Made by a program: the position numbers and the translations under genes
In this document: in pieces, positions 11,158-33,132 of the stretch
How positions within the stretch are numbered: position 1 is the stretch's first letter
Layout of the letters: the number at the start of each line of letters is the position of its first letter
Source of the DNA: Phaeosaccion multiseriatum
Lineage: Eukaryota > Protista > Ochrophyta, other classes
NCBI GenBank assembly: GCA_965112735.1
Contig: OZ218956.1
Span: forward strand, 3,472,001 to 3,536,000
Reading direction: 5' to 3'
Length of the DNA: 64,000 nucleotides
The notes under the pieces: model-generated
Database searches by the model: none
Seen by the model: the letters and a program-made list of their open reading frames with translations, nothing else
Told to the model about the DNA's origin: nothing

Positions 11158-12537
11158 ATGACGGAGCTACAGGACAAGATGCAGAGGGTGGAGAGCGAGG
11201 AGGAGGAGGTCAAGGGGGCTCTGCGCGGGGAAGGCAGCTACTTGGGATTGACCCTGTCTCCTGCAGCAGCCCAATCTGCCAGTGGGAGCAGGGGGGAGCT
11301 GTTGATGCACCTTCAGACCCTGCGTGAGGAGAAGAGGCAGCTGCGACAGTATGAGAGGGACGAGAAGGCGAAGGAGAAGGGCTTTGGAAGAGAGAAGGAG
11401 CTCCTCCTCCTCCGCCTACGATTGGAGGCATCGGGAAGCCCCGCAAGAAGGGACCCAATCAACCCGTATGACGCAGGTGACGAGGAGGGAGAAGTGGGGA
11501 GGAGAAGAGGCGGAACCAAGCGGCGAGGAGCGACCTCAGGAGGAGCCAGTGCTGCCTCTGCGCTTGGTTGTACAGCCTCTCGCCCACCTACCCTTCCCGC
11601 CGGCGATGGATCAAGCTGTGCACTGGCCTTTGGTATCAAGGACGTGCACGAAAAGGTGATGGAGCTCGTTGGACCGGGGGAGTACGCTTTCATCGCGGCG
11701 GTGTGCAGACAGTGGAGGGTCGACTACGTCATTGGCTCGTCTTGGCTGCGGGCACCCAAGACGAGCCAAGAGAGTGTATTGGCCTCTTTAGAGCGTGTGG
11801 ACTGGGCCAGGAGGCATGGCTTCAGGTTGTCTGTCAGTACTTTCAAGGCCGCCGCTCGATATAAAGACGTGGCCATGTGCAAGGCGCTCCATCACATGGG
11901 CTGTCCCTGGGATGAAGAAGTGTGCCGATCTGCACTTTTGAACGTGCGCCACAGCACGAGTGTGCTTCAGTGGCTGCGGTCAGATGATTCGGTTGACGAC
12001 AAGGAGGAGAAATGCCCGTGGTGCTCGAAGGTCTGCGCTGGTGCAGCGAAGCTGGGGGACTTGCCGCTGCTGGAGCTGCTTCTGTCGGGTGACATGGACG
12101 CGCCGTTCGATCACCATGTGTGGATCAACGCTGTTGAGGAAGGGCATATCTATGTGCTTGAATGGTTGCTACACAACCCAAAGGTCAAGGCTGAGCTGGA
12201 GGGGGCGGAGGAGGGAAGTGCGTGGAGACTGGGAGCTAAGCATGCTGCTATCTTCTCTCGTTTTGACGCTTTGCAGTGGCTGCATGCCAATGCACGTGAT
12301 GCTTGTGACTGGGGTGCATCGGTTTGCTTGATTGCGGTAATAGCGGCGAACCTGACAATGCTGCAGTGGTTGCGCTCAGAAGAGGTAGGCTGTGAGTGGA
12401 ACAGGCATGTGTGTCCAGAGACCATCAGGAGCAAAATGGAGGCAGCTGGTGAAGAATGGCACATCGGCGATGACGTGTTTGAGGAGATCAAGCAGTGGGT
12501 GCATACCAACGGCCACCCCTGCGACTGCGAGGACTGA
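11158..12537 (+). CDS. Coiled-coil + CPW-type ankyrin-repeat protein, copy A2 (intact, 459 aa, intronless)
   Basis: Open frame MTELQDK...GHPCDCED with GCPWDEEVC, CPWCSKVCAGAAKLGDL and LQWLRSEEVGCEW repeats, typical of algal and giant-virus ankyrin-like proteins. Confidence 0.8.
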   Translation: MTELQDKMQRVESEEEEVKGALRGEGSYLGLTLSPAAAQSASGSRGELLMHLQTLREEKRQLRQYERDEKAKEKGFGREKELLLLRLRLEASGSPARRDPINPYDAGDEEGEVGRRRGGTKRRGATSGGASAASALGCTASRPPTLPAGDGSSCALAFGIKDVHEKVMELVGPGEYAFIAAVCRQWRVDYVIGSSWLRAPKTSQESVLASLERVDWARRHGFRLSVSTFKAAARYKDVAMCKALHHMGCPWDEEVCRSALLNVRHSTSVLQWLRSDDSVDDKEEKCPWCSKVCAGAAKLGDLPLLELLLSGDMDAPFDHHVWINAVEEGHIYVLEWLLHNPKVKAELEGAEEGSAWRLGAKHAAIFSRFDALQWLHANARDACDWGASVCLIAVIAANLTMLQWLRSEEVGCEWNRHVCPETIRSKMEAAGEEWHIGDDVFEEIKQWVHTNGHPCDCED

Positions 12538-12818
12538 GAGGGGTGAGGCGGTGTGTGGACTGTTCACGTATGGGAGAGGGAGGTCATGGGACCCAATAGT
12601 GGGCAATGGCTGAGAGCGGCACAAATGTTTTCATTAAATTCATTGATAACGGAAGAATCAAATTGCCTCGACCATCACGACCTCTGCCCCCTAACCTCTC
12701 CCCCCATAAGCTTCAAAAACTGTACAGTAAAAAAGGATGATTTGATTTTGAGCCTGCGGCAGAAGTGCTTCCAGAGCTAAGCGGCACCTGACCGGCGCCA
12801 CTGACTCTTACAATACGT

Positions 12819-13852
12819 TCAGAAACCGAGGTTCGCGAGCAGCTCCTCTCCGTTCACGAGCTCCTGGGCCCACATCCCGGTAATGGCCAGCATGGCAAGT
12901 CTCCCGTTGTTCAGCTCTCGGTTCCTCATTTTGGTGTACTTGGTCTCGTCCGACTTGATGTTGAAGGGATCGAACCCGAGGTCTCCGATGGCAGCGTCGG
13001 CGGACACAGTGGCGAGGCCCGTGACGCGATCGAGGCCCGTGTACTGAGAATCGATGTGTACAGAGGCGAGAACAAGCAGCGCATCAGTCGGGCGACGGAG
13101 ATGGCGACGGAGAAAGAGCATGACTTGGACTTGCTTACCTCCTTTCTGATCTGGTTGGACTCGATGAGGCCCATGAGGAACATGGCAGCGATTCCAAAGA
13201 GCGGGTAGTAGGTGGAGATGATCTGAAAGTGGTTGATCGCCGGGCCGATGTCTGCCACCCCAGGGGCGGGGAAGAAGGGGTGGTACGCTTCCTGCACGAG
13301 CATACCAACTGTGGCCACCATCGCCACCCTCCCGTGCTTCAGTTCAGCGGACCTGCAACCAGTATGATAGTGCGGGATGAGAGGGAAGTCTTGGCTTGAC
13401 CCCTCGTCGGTGAGTGTCTGACCTGTACTGGGCAAAGGTGGTGTCGTCGATCTCAGTGGCGAGACCGAGTGGGTCCCACACACCCATCGGCGGGAGGGCG
13501 CCCGGGAGACCTTCGAGAGCGACCATCCTCAGGGCGGAGGAGGAGGAGGAGGAGGAAGCCACCGCGGGGCTGGCCACGACACGCAGGGTGCGGGTTGCTC
13601 CGGTGATGCCGGGTGTCATGAACGCACTGGCGACACCAGCACCTGACGAAGACGGGCGAAGCAGGCGAGAGAGATGGAGCTCAGGGGAGGAGAGAAGGGG
13701 GTGCAGGGGGGGGGCTCGACTTCAGCCCTGATGACAGGGAGCGCGTCATACCCGCCTGAGCCGCTGGGACGAGCCCAGCGAAGGGCACCTCTCTTGTCCT
13801 AGTACTTACCGGTGGAGGCGAGGGCGAGGGCGAGTGCGACGAATCGGGTCAT
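12819..13852 (-). CDS. Light-harvesting chlorophyll-binding protein, LHCX/LI818-like, 4 exons
   Basis: Leader MTRFVALALALASTG|AGVASAF; WDPLG; helix 1 AELKHGRVAM; HPFF..GPAINHFQ; GDLGFDPF; helix 3 RELNNGRLAMLA..G..AQE. Confidence 0.9.
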
Positions 13853-15136
13853 GGTGATGGTGATGTATAGGGAAAGAGAGAGTGGAGAGGAGAGCGGCAA
13901 AAAAAGGAGGTAACACGTCAGGGCCAAAAGGGTTCTTAACCTAATTGGGTACCCGTGCGCCCCACTTTTACGGAGCATTTTTACAACACTTCCACCGCCG
14001 ACGAGGCCCTGCGGATCAACCTCTCAGCACCATCACTGGTTGGGTTCGTGCCCGCATCACGGTGGCCCTAGTGCGGGTCACCAGCCTATGCCTTCGTGGT
14101 TCTCGAGTGTCTTGGCGCTCGCTCGGAATCGACTTTTCTTCTGAGGGTGGCGCCGATGCCCCCCCCTTGCCTTTGTTTGACTGGCCAATCTTGCCTTGTC
14201 CTACTTGGTTGCTGTTGCTGGTCTGAGTGAGTGCGCGCATGGCTGGTCGCCTGCTTGTATCAGTTTACGTAATAGCAAAATATAAGAATATCACACGAAG
14301 TCCGTCACCATCCTCCCTCGCCCGCCCTGCTGCTTGCTGCGGACGGCCTCTCTCCTTCTCTCCTAGTATCAGCACTCTCAGCGGGTCCAGCGCAGTAAGG
14401 TGCCCAAGGTGCTCCATGGCCGCTCGGAGCCCCTCCTCCCCGCCCTCCGCCTCTCGCATCTGCGCCATGAGCTTGTGGGCGTGTGCGCGGCTCCTCCCCA
14501 GGGGGGGGGGCTCCGGCAAGAGCGTCTGAGAACGGTTGGCTTGGAAGACGCCCCTGATGATGTTGGCCAATGTGGCGAGGGCATGTGCGTGTGGGGGGGG
14601 GATGCGCACGTGTTTTTGGGTGTGTTTTGCGTGTGCATGCGTGTGTGGTGTGTATGCGTGCGTGTTCGTGTGCGTGTGCTGTGTGTGCGTGTGCGTGTGC
14701 GTGTGTGTGTGCGTGCGCATTCACTCGAACCGGCAGAGAAGCTCTTCCTCCATTCTGCTCTCACCCCTCATCATGAGGGAGGAGAGGAGGTGTAGAGAGG
14801 CAGGATAGGCAGGCCTTGGAAAAGCTCCGAAGGCTCCGACGGCAGGCGCATGGGGGTTTCCAGTAGGACATGGACGGAATATTGTCTACTCTGAGTTCAC
14901 TTCACTTCATTAACCATGCAACTATCGATCCATAGACCCAATACATGACTCACCTAACCGACCCCAACTCTCCATATGTTACATGCTTCTGCACCAACAC
15001 ATGGCTCTCTTCAGAGGAATCAAAGTCCCATGTCTGGATACCAAGGAGGAACCATCTCCCCATTACCCACATAGGGTAGGAAGGGCACACTTTAGTACGC
15101 ATGTGTTGGCTGTAGGATGGATGGATGCTCGAGTCT

Positions 15137-15506
15137 CTACTTCGGTTTCCATCTTCGAATATCAATGTGCCGCAATGCTTCCCGCAGAGGAGTCTCTCTT
15201 CCCAGACCCATTTCGCGCAAGGAGGTGGAGTCCAAGTGACTGACTCGTCCATTTCGTGGCATACAAATAAGCACAAGGGGGGAGAGAAGGGGAGCGGGCG
15301 GGGGGAGGAGGGAAAGGAGGGAAAGAAGATAACAAACAAAAAGAATGAGAGGGGAGGGAAGCGCTGTGGCGTATGTTCACGCACTCGCTTGTTGCACGCA
15401 CGCACTCACCAGTTCTTGGGCCTGGGAGCACCCCCACTTGGCGGCTCTGGATTGGGGATGAAGACCACCCTGGCCCTCTTCCCTGCTGCTGCGCTACTTC
15501 TCCCAC

Positions 15507-15538
<32 letters not shown>

Positions 15539-16162
15539 TTATTACCCTCCTCGGGGACAGGCACACTGCAGCCTGACGCTTCTGCCATTAGGCGAGTCAA
15601 GGCCCACTTGGTGTAGGGAACGTTCGGCGACTGTTCCTCATTCGAGGACCAGTGCCAAACACCCCCGAACGAAGGGTCTGCGACTCGTCTATGCAGCAGC
15701 TGCTGGAGGAGAAGAGCCACGTCTGGCGTGAAGGTTGGGTACCTGACGCGGAGGGTAGTGCGGCAGCCCGAGGGTGGGAAGGAAGCGTGAGGGGGGGCGC
15801 AGGGTGTGGTAGGGCAGCGCAGATAGGCGACCGGACCGGACAAACGGGAACTGAGCTCGGGTGGTATCATAGAGCAAGTCCCGTTCTACACTGGGACTGG
15901 GCCCCCATCCAGAGGGCAGTGCTTCGCTGTGCTACCAGCCGCCTTTGTTGTCCAAGCAAGTAAGTTGGTCTCTTTTTCCAGTGTACGGAGTACACACGCA
16001 AGCACAGGCCAAGCCAAGTACGAAAGGGGCAAACCTACCACCAAGTATACTCCCGACACAGCCACAGTAAGAGTACGCACATACCTTGCCGACCAATCGT
16101 CAATGGTCTTCTGCTGCTGCTCCTCCTCCTGATCGCCCCTTGCCTCCGTCTCACTGCTACTG

Positions 16163-16195
<33 letters not shown>

Positions 16196-17297
16196 GAGGT
16201 ACGGCCATTCGCCGCCAAGGCCGAGAATAGACTGTGTGCCAGCGTGAGAATGGCTGACTCCTGCAAGTCCTCCGTGGGCCCGTAGAGCACTGGCACTCGC
16301 ACTATTCCGCAGCCAGGGTGGGTCCTGCGAAGGGCCTCCTCCCCCTGCAGCTTGCTTTGGCCGTAGTGTTGGAGGGGGTTGGTGGGCGAGGTGGGGGAAT
16401 ATGGCGGCTCGGAGCCGTCGAAGACGTAGTCCGTGCTACAAGCGTAGTGTGGATGGGGCGAGGGGGAGGGGAAGGAAAAGGGGGTGGAGAAGGATTCGAG
16501 AGGATGGGGGGTGGGAAGAGTAAGCAAGAGCACGGTGGCAAGGAAGAGAAGCGTGGGGCTGGAATTGTGGGGGGGGGGGAGATAGTGGGTTCGGAGCAAG
16601 AGGGGAGAGAGGAACACACTAGATGAGGGCGAGAATGGACCCAGCGCACAAGGGGACGGGCAGAAAGAGAGGAGGCAGGGCCCGCCTGGACTTGCTCTGG
16701 ACTTGTAGACGTATGTATATGCTCCTTATCGCACTTCACCCCCTCACAGCCGCTCCGATAGCCTGCAGTGCGTTGAGGAGGCAGTGCTTGCAATACAATG
16801 TGTGCTTGGCTAACCTGATGTGTAGGACCCACTTCCCGTTCGCCTCTGCCCAGGAGCCGAGCTGCTCGGGAAGCCTGACGTTGAGTACGTGTGTTCTCAG
16901 GCGCGTTCTCGCAATTGTCCGGATTTCGCTCTGGCCAGTGGCGGAGAGACAGACGGAGAAAGAGAGGGATGGATAGACAATGAGCACTGCGCAAACGATC
17001 GCAATGGAGTTAATCTCACCCTCTCCTTCCCTCTTCTTTTCTCTTCTTGCCGCTCTCACCTGCTGCACAGTTGATGATAACGTCAGGCTTGTACTCCTCC
17101 AAGCACTTGTTCACGGCACCTTCTTCGGTGAGGTCAACTTTCCCGGCCCTATGCTCTCTAGCTCCTTCTCCCACCCCCGCTGGCGCCCTGCGACATCCCA
17201 AGCTCACAACCTCCAGAGTGTCATCCCCCAGAAGCTTCTTTGTCACTTCCCGCCCGAGAAGGCCCGTCCCTCCAGTGATCAAGACAACTGTCTTCAT
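15137..17297 (-). CDS. Methionine adenosyltransferase II beta-like / RmlD-family extended SDR, multi-exon
   Basis: VLITGGTGLLG, PDVIINCAA|ERNPD, HIS|TDYVFDG, YGQSK (YxxxK), RVPVLYG, R|YPT, and APRPKNC|HLD; the last exon ends WKPK* at 15137. Confidence 0.85.
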
Positions 17298-18049
17298 CGT
17301 TTGTTTGAGTACATCGTCAACACAAGGTTCTGCCACAGGTCCGCATTCGCAGCGTCGAGGCTGTGAGGCACAGAATTCCCCAGGGGGGGCAGCTGTCTGC
17401 TGCGGGCGCCTCCTCCACATTGAGAATAGAGCGGGGAAAAGTGACAGAGAAGAGGGCGAAGAGAGGTAGGACTACTTCAAAGAGGGTGCTTCGGGCGATA
17501 CCGTAGCGGGAGGAGCTGCGCGAACCGCAGTGCGCCATGAACGACAGGGAAGATGACGGAGGTGAGGGAAGGAAGTCGACCCGCAATGTTGGGAAAGAGC
17601 GTCGCAGCTGGTGTCCTTGCGTGCCATTGCCGAAGGACTTGCAGGGAGCTGTGCTGGGGACATGTCCTTCTGCTCCTCCCAGGCTTGCTGTCCTTGGTGC
17701 CTGCAACAGTGCCTCACCGTCCACCTTGCTGCGGAAAGATTTTCCGCCTCCTCTCCTCCCCTCCTCCTCGTTCTATATCTTGTGAAGTCACCCTCCTTTA
17801 GCCCCCCCGCTCTCATATGTATCATGATCTTCCTCGATTGGCCTGCCTGGTTCTCTACAGCTATGTACGGCTTATTTGCCTTCAAGGATGGTTTTTCTCT
17901 GTTGTCTGTTCCCCACTTCTCCACGTATCCCGTGCGTGGCTCCTTTCCCCTCCCCGCTCTTGCTCTCTCCTCCTCTCTAAGCCCTTCTCCTTCACTCGCA
18001 CACGCACGTACCCCCTCCTCCAATGGCCCCTTCCCCCTGCCTCCTTCAG

Positions 18050-21000
18050 TCAAGGTGTGGGTGGGCAACCTCAACCGCATCACCAACCAGGGTGACCTTG
18101 AGGATGTGTTCTGCAAAATCGCGCCTCTGAAGCGCATCTGGATCGCCAAAAAGCCTCCTGGCTTTGCCTACGTGTGGTTCGACAGCATCGACGACGCCAA
18201 GTGAGTGCAAGGGTAGTAAACGGGAGAAGGGGGGGGGGTGAGGGGGGGAGGTAACAAGAAACTTGGATTTTGGGGGCAACGAACGGAAATTAAAAAGTGT
18301 GACATTGATTGACGGAGTGAGAGGGATGTCTGACTGAATGACTGATTGACTGACTTGTAGAGATAGATGGAAGAGAAGCACGCCCAGTCCGCCCCCTTCG
18401 AGGCTCGTGGCATGGGCCCGTTGTGCCCCCCTCCCCCCCCCCCCCTCCTTCCCGGGATCGATGATGGCCTTCTTCATCCTTGAGTGGCCAGGGAGTCTTC
18501 TCGTTGGACCCCTCCCTCCCGTCATCAGGGCCATCAAAAGCATCTGGGCCGTCCATCGTCTACGTCTTCCCGTTCTGGGGACCGTCAACAAGAGCAGCAG
18601 CAGTTGATGATACAGCCGGGCCTGCCATCAGCAAGAACAGTCCAGTCCAGTCAGTCCTTCCCCACATCCACCCGACGACGGCCATCTCCTCGGGCCCTCG
18701 CACTGCTCTCTGCTCTCTCTCTCTCCCGCCTCTCTCTCTCTCTGTATTATCTCTGCCTCTTCCTCTCTCCATCCCGCTCTTCCACCGCTTCTTTCCTCAA
18801 GCAACTCGATGCCCACCAGTCCGCCTGGCCAAGACTCCCGCACAAGAGCAACGAGAGCCGCAGCCGCCCATGGACTCTCTCTTCTCGGACCGACCGCCGT
18901 TCGGGTGCTGCCTCAAGTCTCCTCTCCTGTCTCCTCCTCCCAGCGGCCGCGCTCGTGTTCGAGTTCGTTCAACCGAGTGGATACGTCAGAGTGTCGAGCA
19001 GCTGTCGAGCAGCTTCCTTTCCTTCCTCCCCTCCTCAAAGCCTCGGTTCGGTGTTTGATGAGCGCAGCCTTCGTCTTCACTCCTTCAAGGCAGTCCTACT
19101 CCGCACAGTGCCGCCCGCGAACGCCCGCCCGCCGCCGCGTCACAGCCAGCCCATCAGCCCATCCGTCACCGCCCCGCCACCTCGGCCGGCTCCATGAAAC
19201 CTCCACCCCACCTCCGCGACCCCCAAATGCTCCATCCACTACCATCCGTTCGCTAACCATCAACCATCACCACCACCGCCCGTCACAACACCACCCACCT
19301 GGGTCCAACGCCCCACTTCGCCCGCCCCCCGCTCCAACACTCGTCGGGGGTTGAGCGGAGCGAGTGGAGGGAGACAGCCGCGTTCAGTTCTATTGGCTGC
19401 TTTGGATAATGGAAGGGGAAGGATGGACATGGACTTTTCGGTCGGGAGTTTCGGATGGTAACGGACGGGGACGGAGAGAGGAGGAGGGTGACCGGATGCG
19501 TTTAGAGCAGAAAGGAAACCGAAACCCGGTCGGTCGATCAGTGGCAGCAAAAGTGCGTCCGTCTCAGTGAGCCCCGGAAATCGTTGCTGCTGTGTTGCTG
19601 CCCTTGCTCTTCATTTGGTGTGTTTGTGAGTCACCTCGTTTGTGCTGTCGCTTCTCCACCCAGTCCTTCACCCCCCTCCTCGTCCCGGCAACAGCAGACG
19701 ACTATGCGCTGACCCCGGCCCGCCCACCGTCGCTTTTTTTTTTTTTTCTTTCTGTTGTGTTTGTTTCTTGTTTTTGTTTTTTTGTCTTTTTTTCTTTCTT
19801 GTCTCCCTCCCTCCCAACGTGTGTATACGTGCGTGTTGCAGGGACGCAATCGACAAGACCGACGGGCATCGCGTGCATGGACAGGACATTAAAGTAGAGC
19901 TAGCATCTGCCTACTCAAGCAAGAGTGGGGGGGACCGAGGAGGCCGAGGGGGAGGCGGAGACCGGGGGAGGGAACGGGACCGTGACCGCGACCGCGACCG
20001 CGGCGGTGACCGTGATAGGGATCGTGACTACAGAGGAGACAGGGACAGAGACAGGGACAGAGATAGAGACTACGATCGAGATGGGGGCAGGGATGGCAGG
20101 GACAGAGACAGAGACAGGGGTGGATATGGTAGGGACAGAGGCGGAGGAGGAGGCTGGGGGGGAGGGGGGGCGAGGCCCAGGGAGCAGTGGGGAGGGGCTT
20201 CAGGCTCGGCGCAGAGGACCAAGTACCTGGTCAACTTTTACAATCTCTCCAGCCGCTGCTCCTGGCAGGACCTCAAGAGGTGAGGCGATAAGGGAAGCGG
20301 TGGGGAGGGGATGGCAGTAGATGGGGGAAGGAGAGGGGATATGGAGAGGAAAGGTGCTTGTTGTTGCTCGAATTGGTTGGTCCTTTCCTCTTCTGCTTCT
20401 CTTCCCATTAGTAACACAAGCTAGGTGGTGAGGCGGTGGTGGTGTTGGTGCCAGCAGAGAGTGGGCTTTTTACTCACGACCGATTCTTCTGTCTCTCATC
20501 TCCTTCCCACCTTCTTTCTGCCTTCTGCTGACCCCTCCCTGTCTCTTCGTAGTCTCATTCGCAAGTACGCCAGTCCGGGCTTTTGTGAAGTGTCAGGCCG
20601 CGGGAAGGGTGAGGCCTGCTTCCACAATAGGGAGGACATGGAGTATGTGCTGAGGAAGATGGACAACCTCGAGTTTATGGGGAGGAATATCGAAGTGGAG
20701 GAAGACGGGGGGAGGGCAAAGAAGGGAGGGGGGAGGAAGAGCAGCAGGAGTAGGAGCAAGTCTAGAAGCAGGGATCGCCGGAGAAGCCGCAGTCGGAGCA
20801 GGGGAGGAGGAGGGAAGGATGGCGGCCGCGACAGGAGCCGAAGCAGGGACAGGAAGGACACAAAGAGTAGGAGCAGGAGCCCCGAGAGGAGCAGCCGAAG
20901 GGCGCAGCGCAGTCGCAGTAGAGACCGAAAGGACAAGGGGCGCGATCGGAGCAGGAGCAGGAGTGGGAGCGAGGGTCATGGTAGCAAAGGGAGGAAGAGC

Positions 21001-21297
21001 AACGGTGGTCGCCGTCGCGGGGGGTCGGATGATGAGGAGGACGAGGACGAGAGGGAGGAGAAGAAGGACAGGAGGGGGGGCAGCGACAACGACAACGATG
21101 ATGAGGACCAGATGAAGGATGACGATGACGAGGACGGAGGAGAGGAGAATGGGGCGGAAGAGAATGGGAAGGGAGGAGACAGCGACGGGGAGGAGGAGGA
21201 TGATGGAGGAAACAGTCGCCGTCGCCGCAAGTCGTCTCCCAGGAAGAAGAGGAGGAGCAGCGAGGACGAGCAGTCGGACGAAGCCGAGGAGGACTGA
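18050..21297 (+). CDS. Serine/arginine-rich splicing factor (RRM1 - Gly/RD linker - RRM2 - RS domain); first exon not located
   Basis: VWVGNL (RNP2), KPPGFAYVWF (RNP1), SWQDLK pseudo-RRM signature and a C-terminal RS repeat. Introns at 18201-19841 and 20280-20552. Confidence 0.85.
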
Positions 21298-22956
21298 GAG
21301 ACCGTGTTGAAGTTGTTCAGTGAGGAGATGGGGGAGTGTGGAGAAATGAGGAAATGAGGAAGAGGAGCGGGCAGATGGGGGGGGTGTGAGAGCACCTGAG
21401 CACTGCTCCTGTCTGGCTGGCTGGGGAAACGGTGGCGCCTACCATTCGTTCCGCCGGCTCCACCGTTTCCGCTCATGCATGGTGTGCATACTCCTACGCT
21501 CAAGCAGAGGTAGCGCGCGAGCGTACTCTACAGCAGCACGGGAAGAATAGGAGGAGGTGAGGAAGGGTGGAGGGAGGGGGTTGAGAGAAGTTATTCCAGT
21601 GGGAGAGGAAGGGAGGGACAAGGCAGGGGGGCGTTTCGACGCGGCTGGGACGCTTCCCTTGCTTGACTCTTGCTCCGTCGCGAGGCACAAGGCGAGGGCT
21701 GCGGTTTCTGAGTCGAGAAGGGCGCGACGGGGAGGAGAGGAGAGCGGAGGAGGGAAGAGAAGGGCAATGAGGTAGAGATTGAGCCTCACGGGGACTCACC
21801 CATGGAGGTAGGGAGGGATGGGGGGGGAGGTGGGGAGGCGGACAGGCGACGGTCCCTCTTGGTCCCTCTTGGTCCCTTTTAGAGAGTGGGTTAGGAGAAG
21901 AAGGAGAGAGGGGCTCGCACGCCCACACGCGAGCTCGTTGTCTGTGTAGATTACGATCGTAGGGTAAGTGTGGGTGAGAGGGAGGAAGGAAGAGAGGGTA
22001 AGTGTGGGTGAGAGGGAGGAAGGGCGAGGTGGTATGGGGAGGAACGAGAGGTCAAGGAGGAGGAGACAGGGGGGAGGGCGGGTGGTTGGAGGCTGGTGCG
22101 AGCGCTGCTGAGAGGAACGGGGTTGAGGGTGCAGCGGCACTTACCGGCCGAGTTGGGAGAGGGTTGGAGGGGGTAAAAGGTGCAAGGTAGGTGCAGGTGG
22201 TGTCGTGTAGTGAGGTGACCATGCCCCGCGAGAGGTCTTTTGTGTCGTGCTCGCCCCAGTCTCGGTGTCACTTAGTTTGTCAGTCAGTTTGTCTGTGTCT
22301 GTGCACCTGTCAGTCAGGCATGAACCGGGGGATGGAGTGGGGCGCAAGACGTACAGGCCAGCGTGGCAAGTACAACAGTGATGGAAGGGGAGTGTGTAGT
22401 TGATGGAAGGGGCAATTGTAGTGTAGTTGTTTAAAGACTACTGACTAATCCAAAACTGTTTCGCGACCAGTCTGACATTGCATTGCCCGACGGGCATACG
22501 CCTCATTCATCTCTCGCTTACAAAAGTGATGCTGCACTGTTGGTGCTTGTGGCCGACACAAGACTTCGGCATTCTTGACTGCCCTACCTGGCCGTAGGGG
22601 TGAAGCAGGCAGGCAGGCAGGCAGACAGTGCATGGTGTCATGAAGGGGGGCCACATCGAAACCAACACACGCCCACACAAACTCAAACGGTTGGTGAAGG
22701 AGAGTGAAGCCCCTGCCGTCTTCCATCCACGTTTCGTAAAGTGCCCTCGGAAGGAGACACCCTCACACGGGAGAAATTAAAGCAACCTGACCGCTGCAGG
22801 AAGGAATGGCAAGCGCTTCTCTTTTCTCTCCCCTCCTCTTTCACACGGCAACAAGGTAGAGTCGCTGCTCCATCCTTTTCAAAGGGAACTACTATTCATA
22901 GTATTAGTACCTCTTGGACAAAGGAAAGCAGTCTGTCGCTTGGTCGGGCGTGTCCT

Positions 22957-32526
<9,570 letters not shown>

Positions 32527-33132
32527 CGGCGAGAGCTGCGGGACAAAGACAAAGAGAGGTACACACAGAGAGAGAGAGATGGAGAAAGAGAGAGAGGGGG
32601 GGGGGCGAGAGAGAGAGGGAAGGGGAGATGGATAAGAGGGGGAGAAGAGGAAATGAGAGAGAGAGAGGGAAAGAGAGAGAGAGTGAGATTGAGAGAGAGA
32701 TAGAGAGGAAGAGAGAGAGAGGGAGAGGGAGGGGGACGGGCGGGGGTGCGGAGGGGGGAGAGGACCGTTTGAAAAGTGCCAAAAAAAACACAAATACAAG
32801 CCAGTACCTATTTCACCCAGAAGCGAAGGTGAGGAGCTGGGGCCAGGCCAGGCAGCCTTATGGTTTGCCACTCTGCAGGCGAGGTGCGAGGTGGTGAATG
32901 AAGAAGACCGATTATATGAAGAAAAAAAGAGGAACCGAGGGGAACTTTATTGACTTAGAGGAAGAGCCAAATAATAATAATATCTAGCACGACACGAAGA
33001 ATGAGAGAAATACCGCCGCCATCTGTAAATACTCCGGCTGGGCCCGCCGCGTTACAGGGGGCCCATGAGATGATTTCCAATGCCTAACGCCTAACCCTCA
33101 GGGTTTACATTCATGAGCGAGCAGCATATAGC

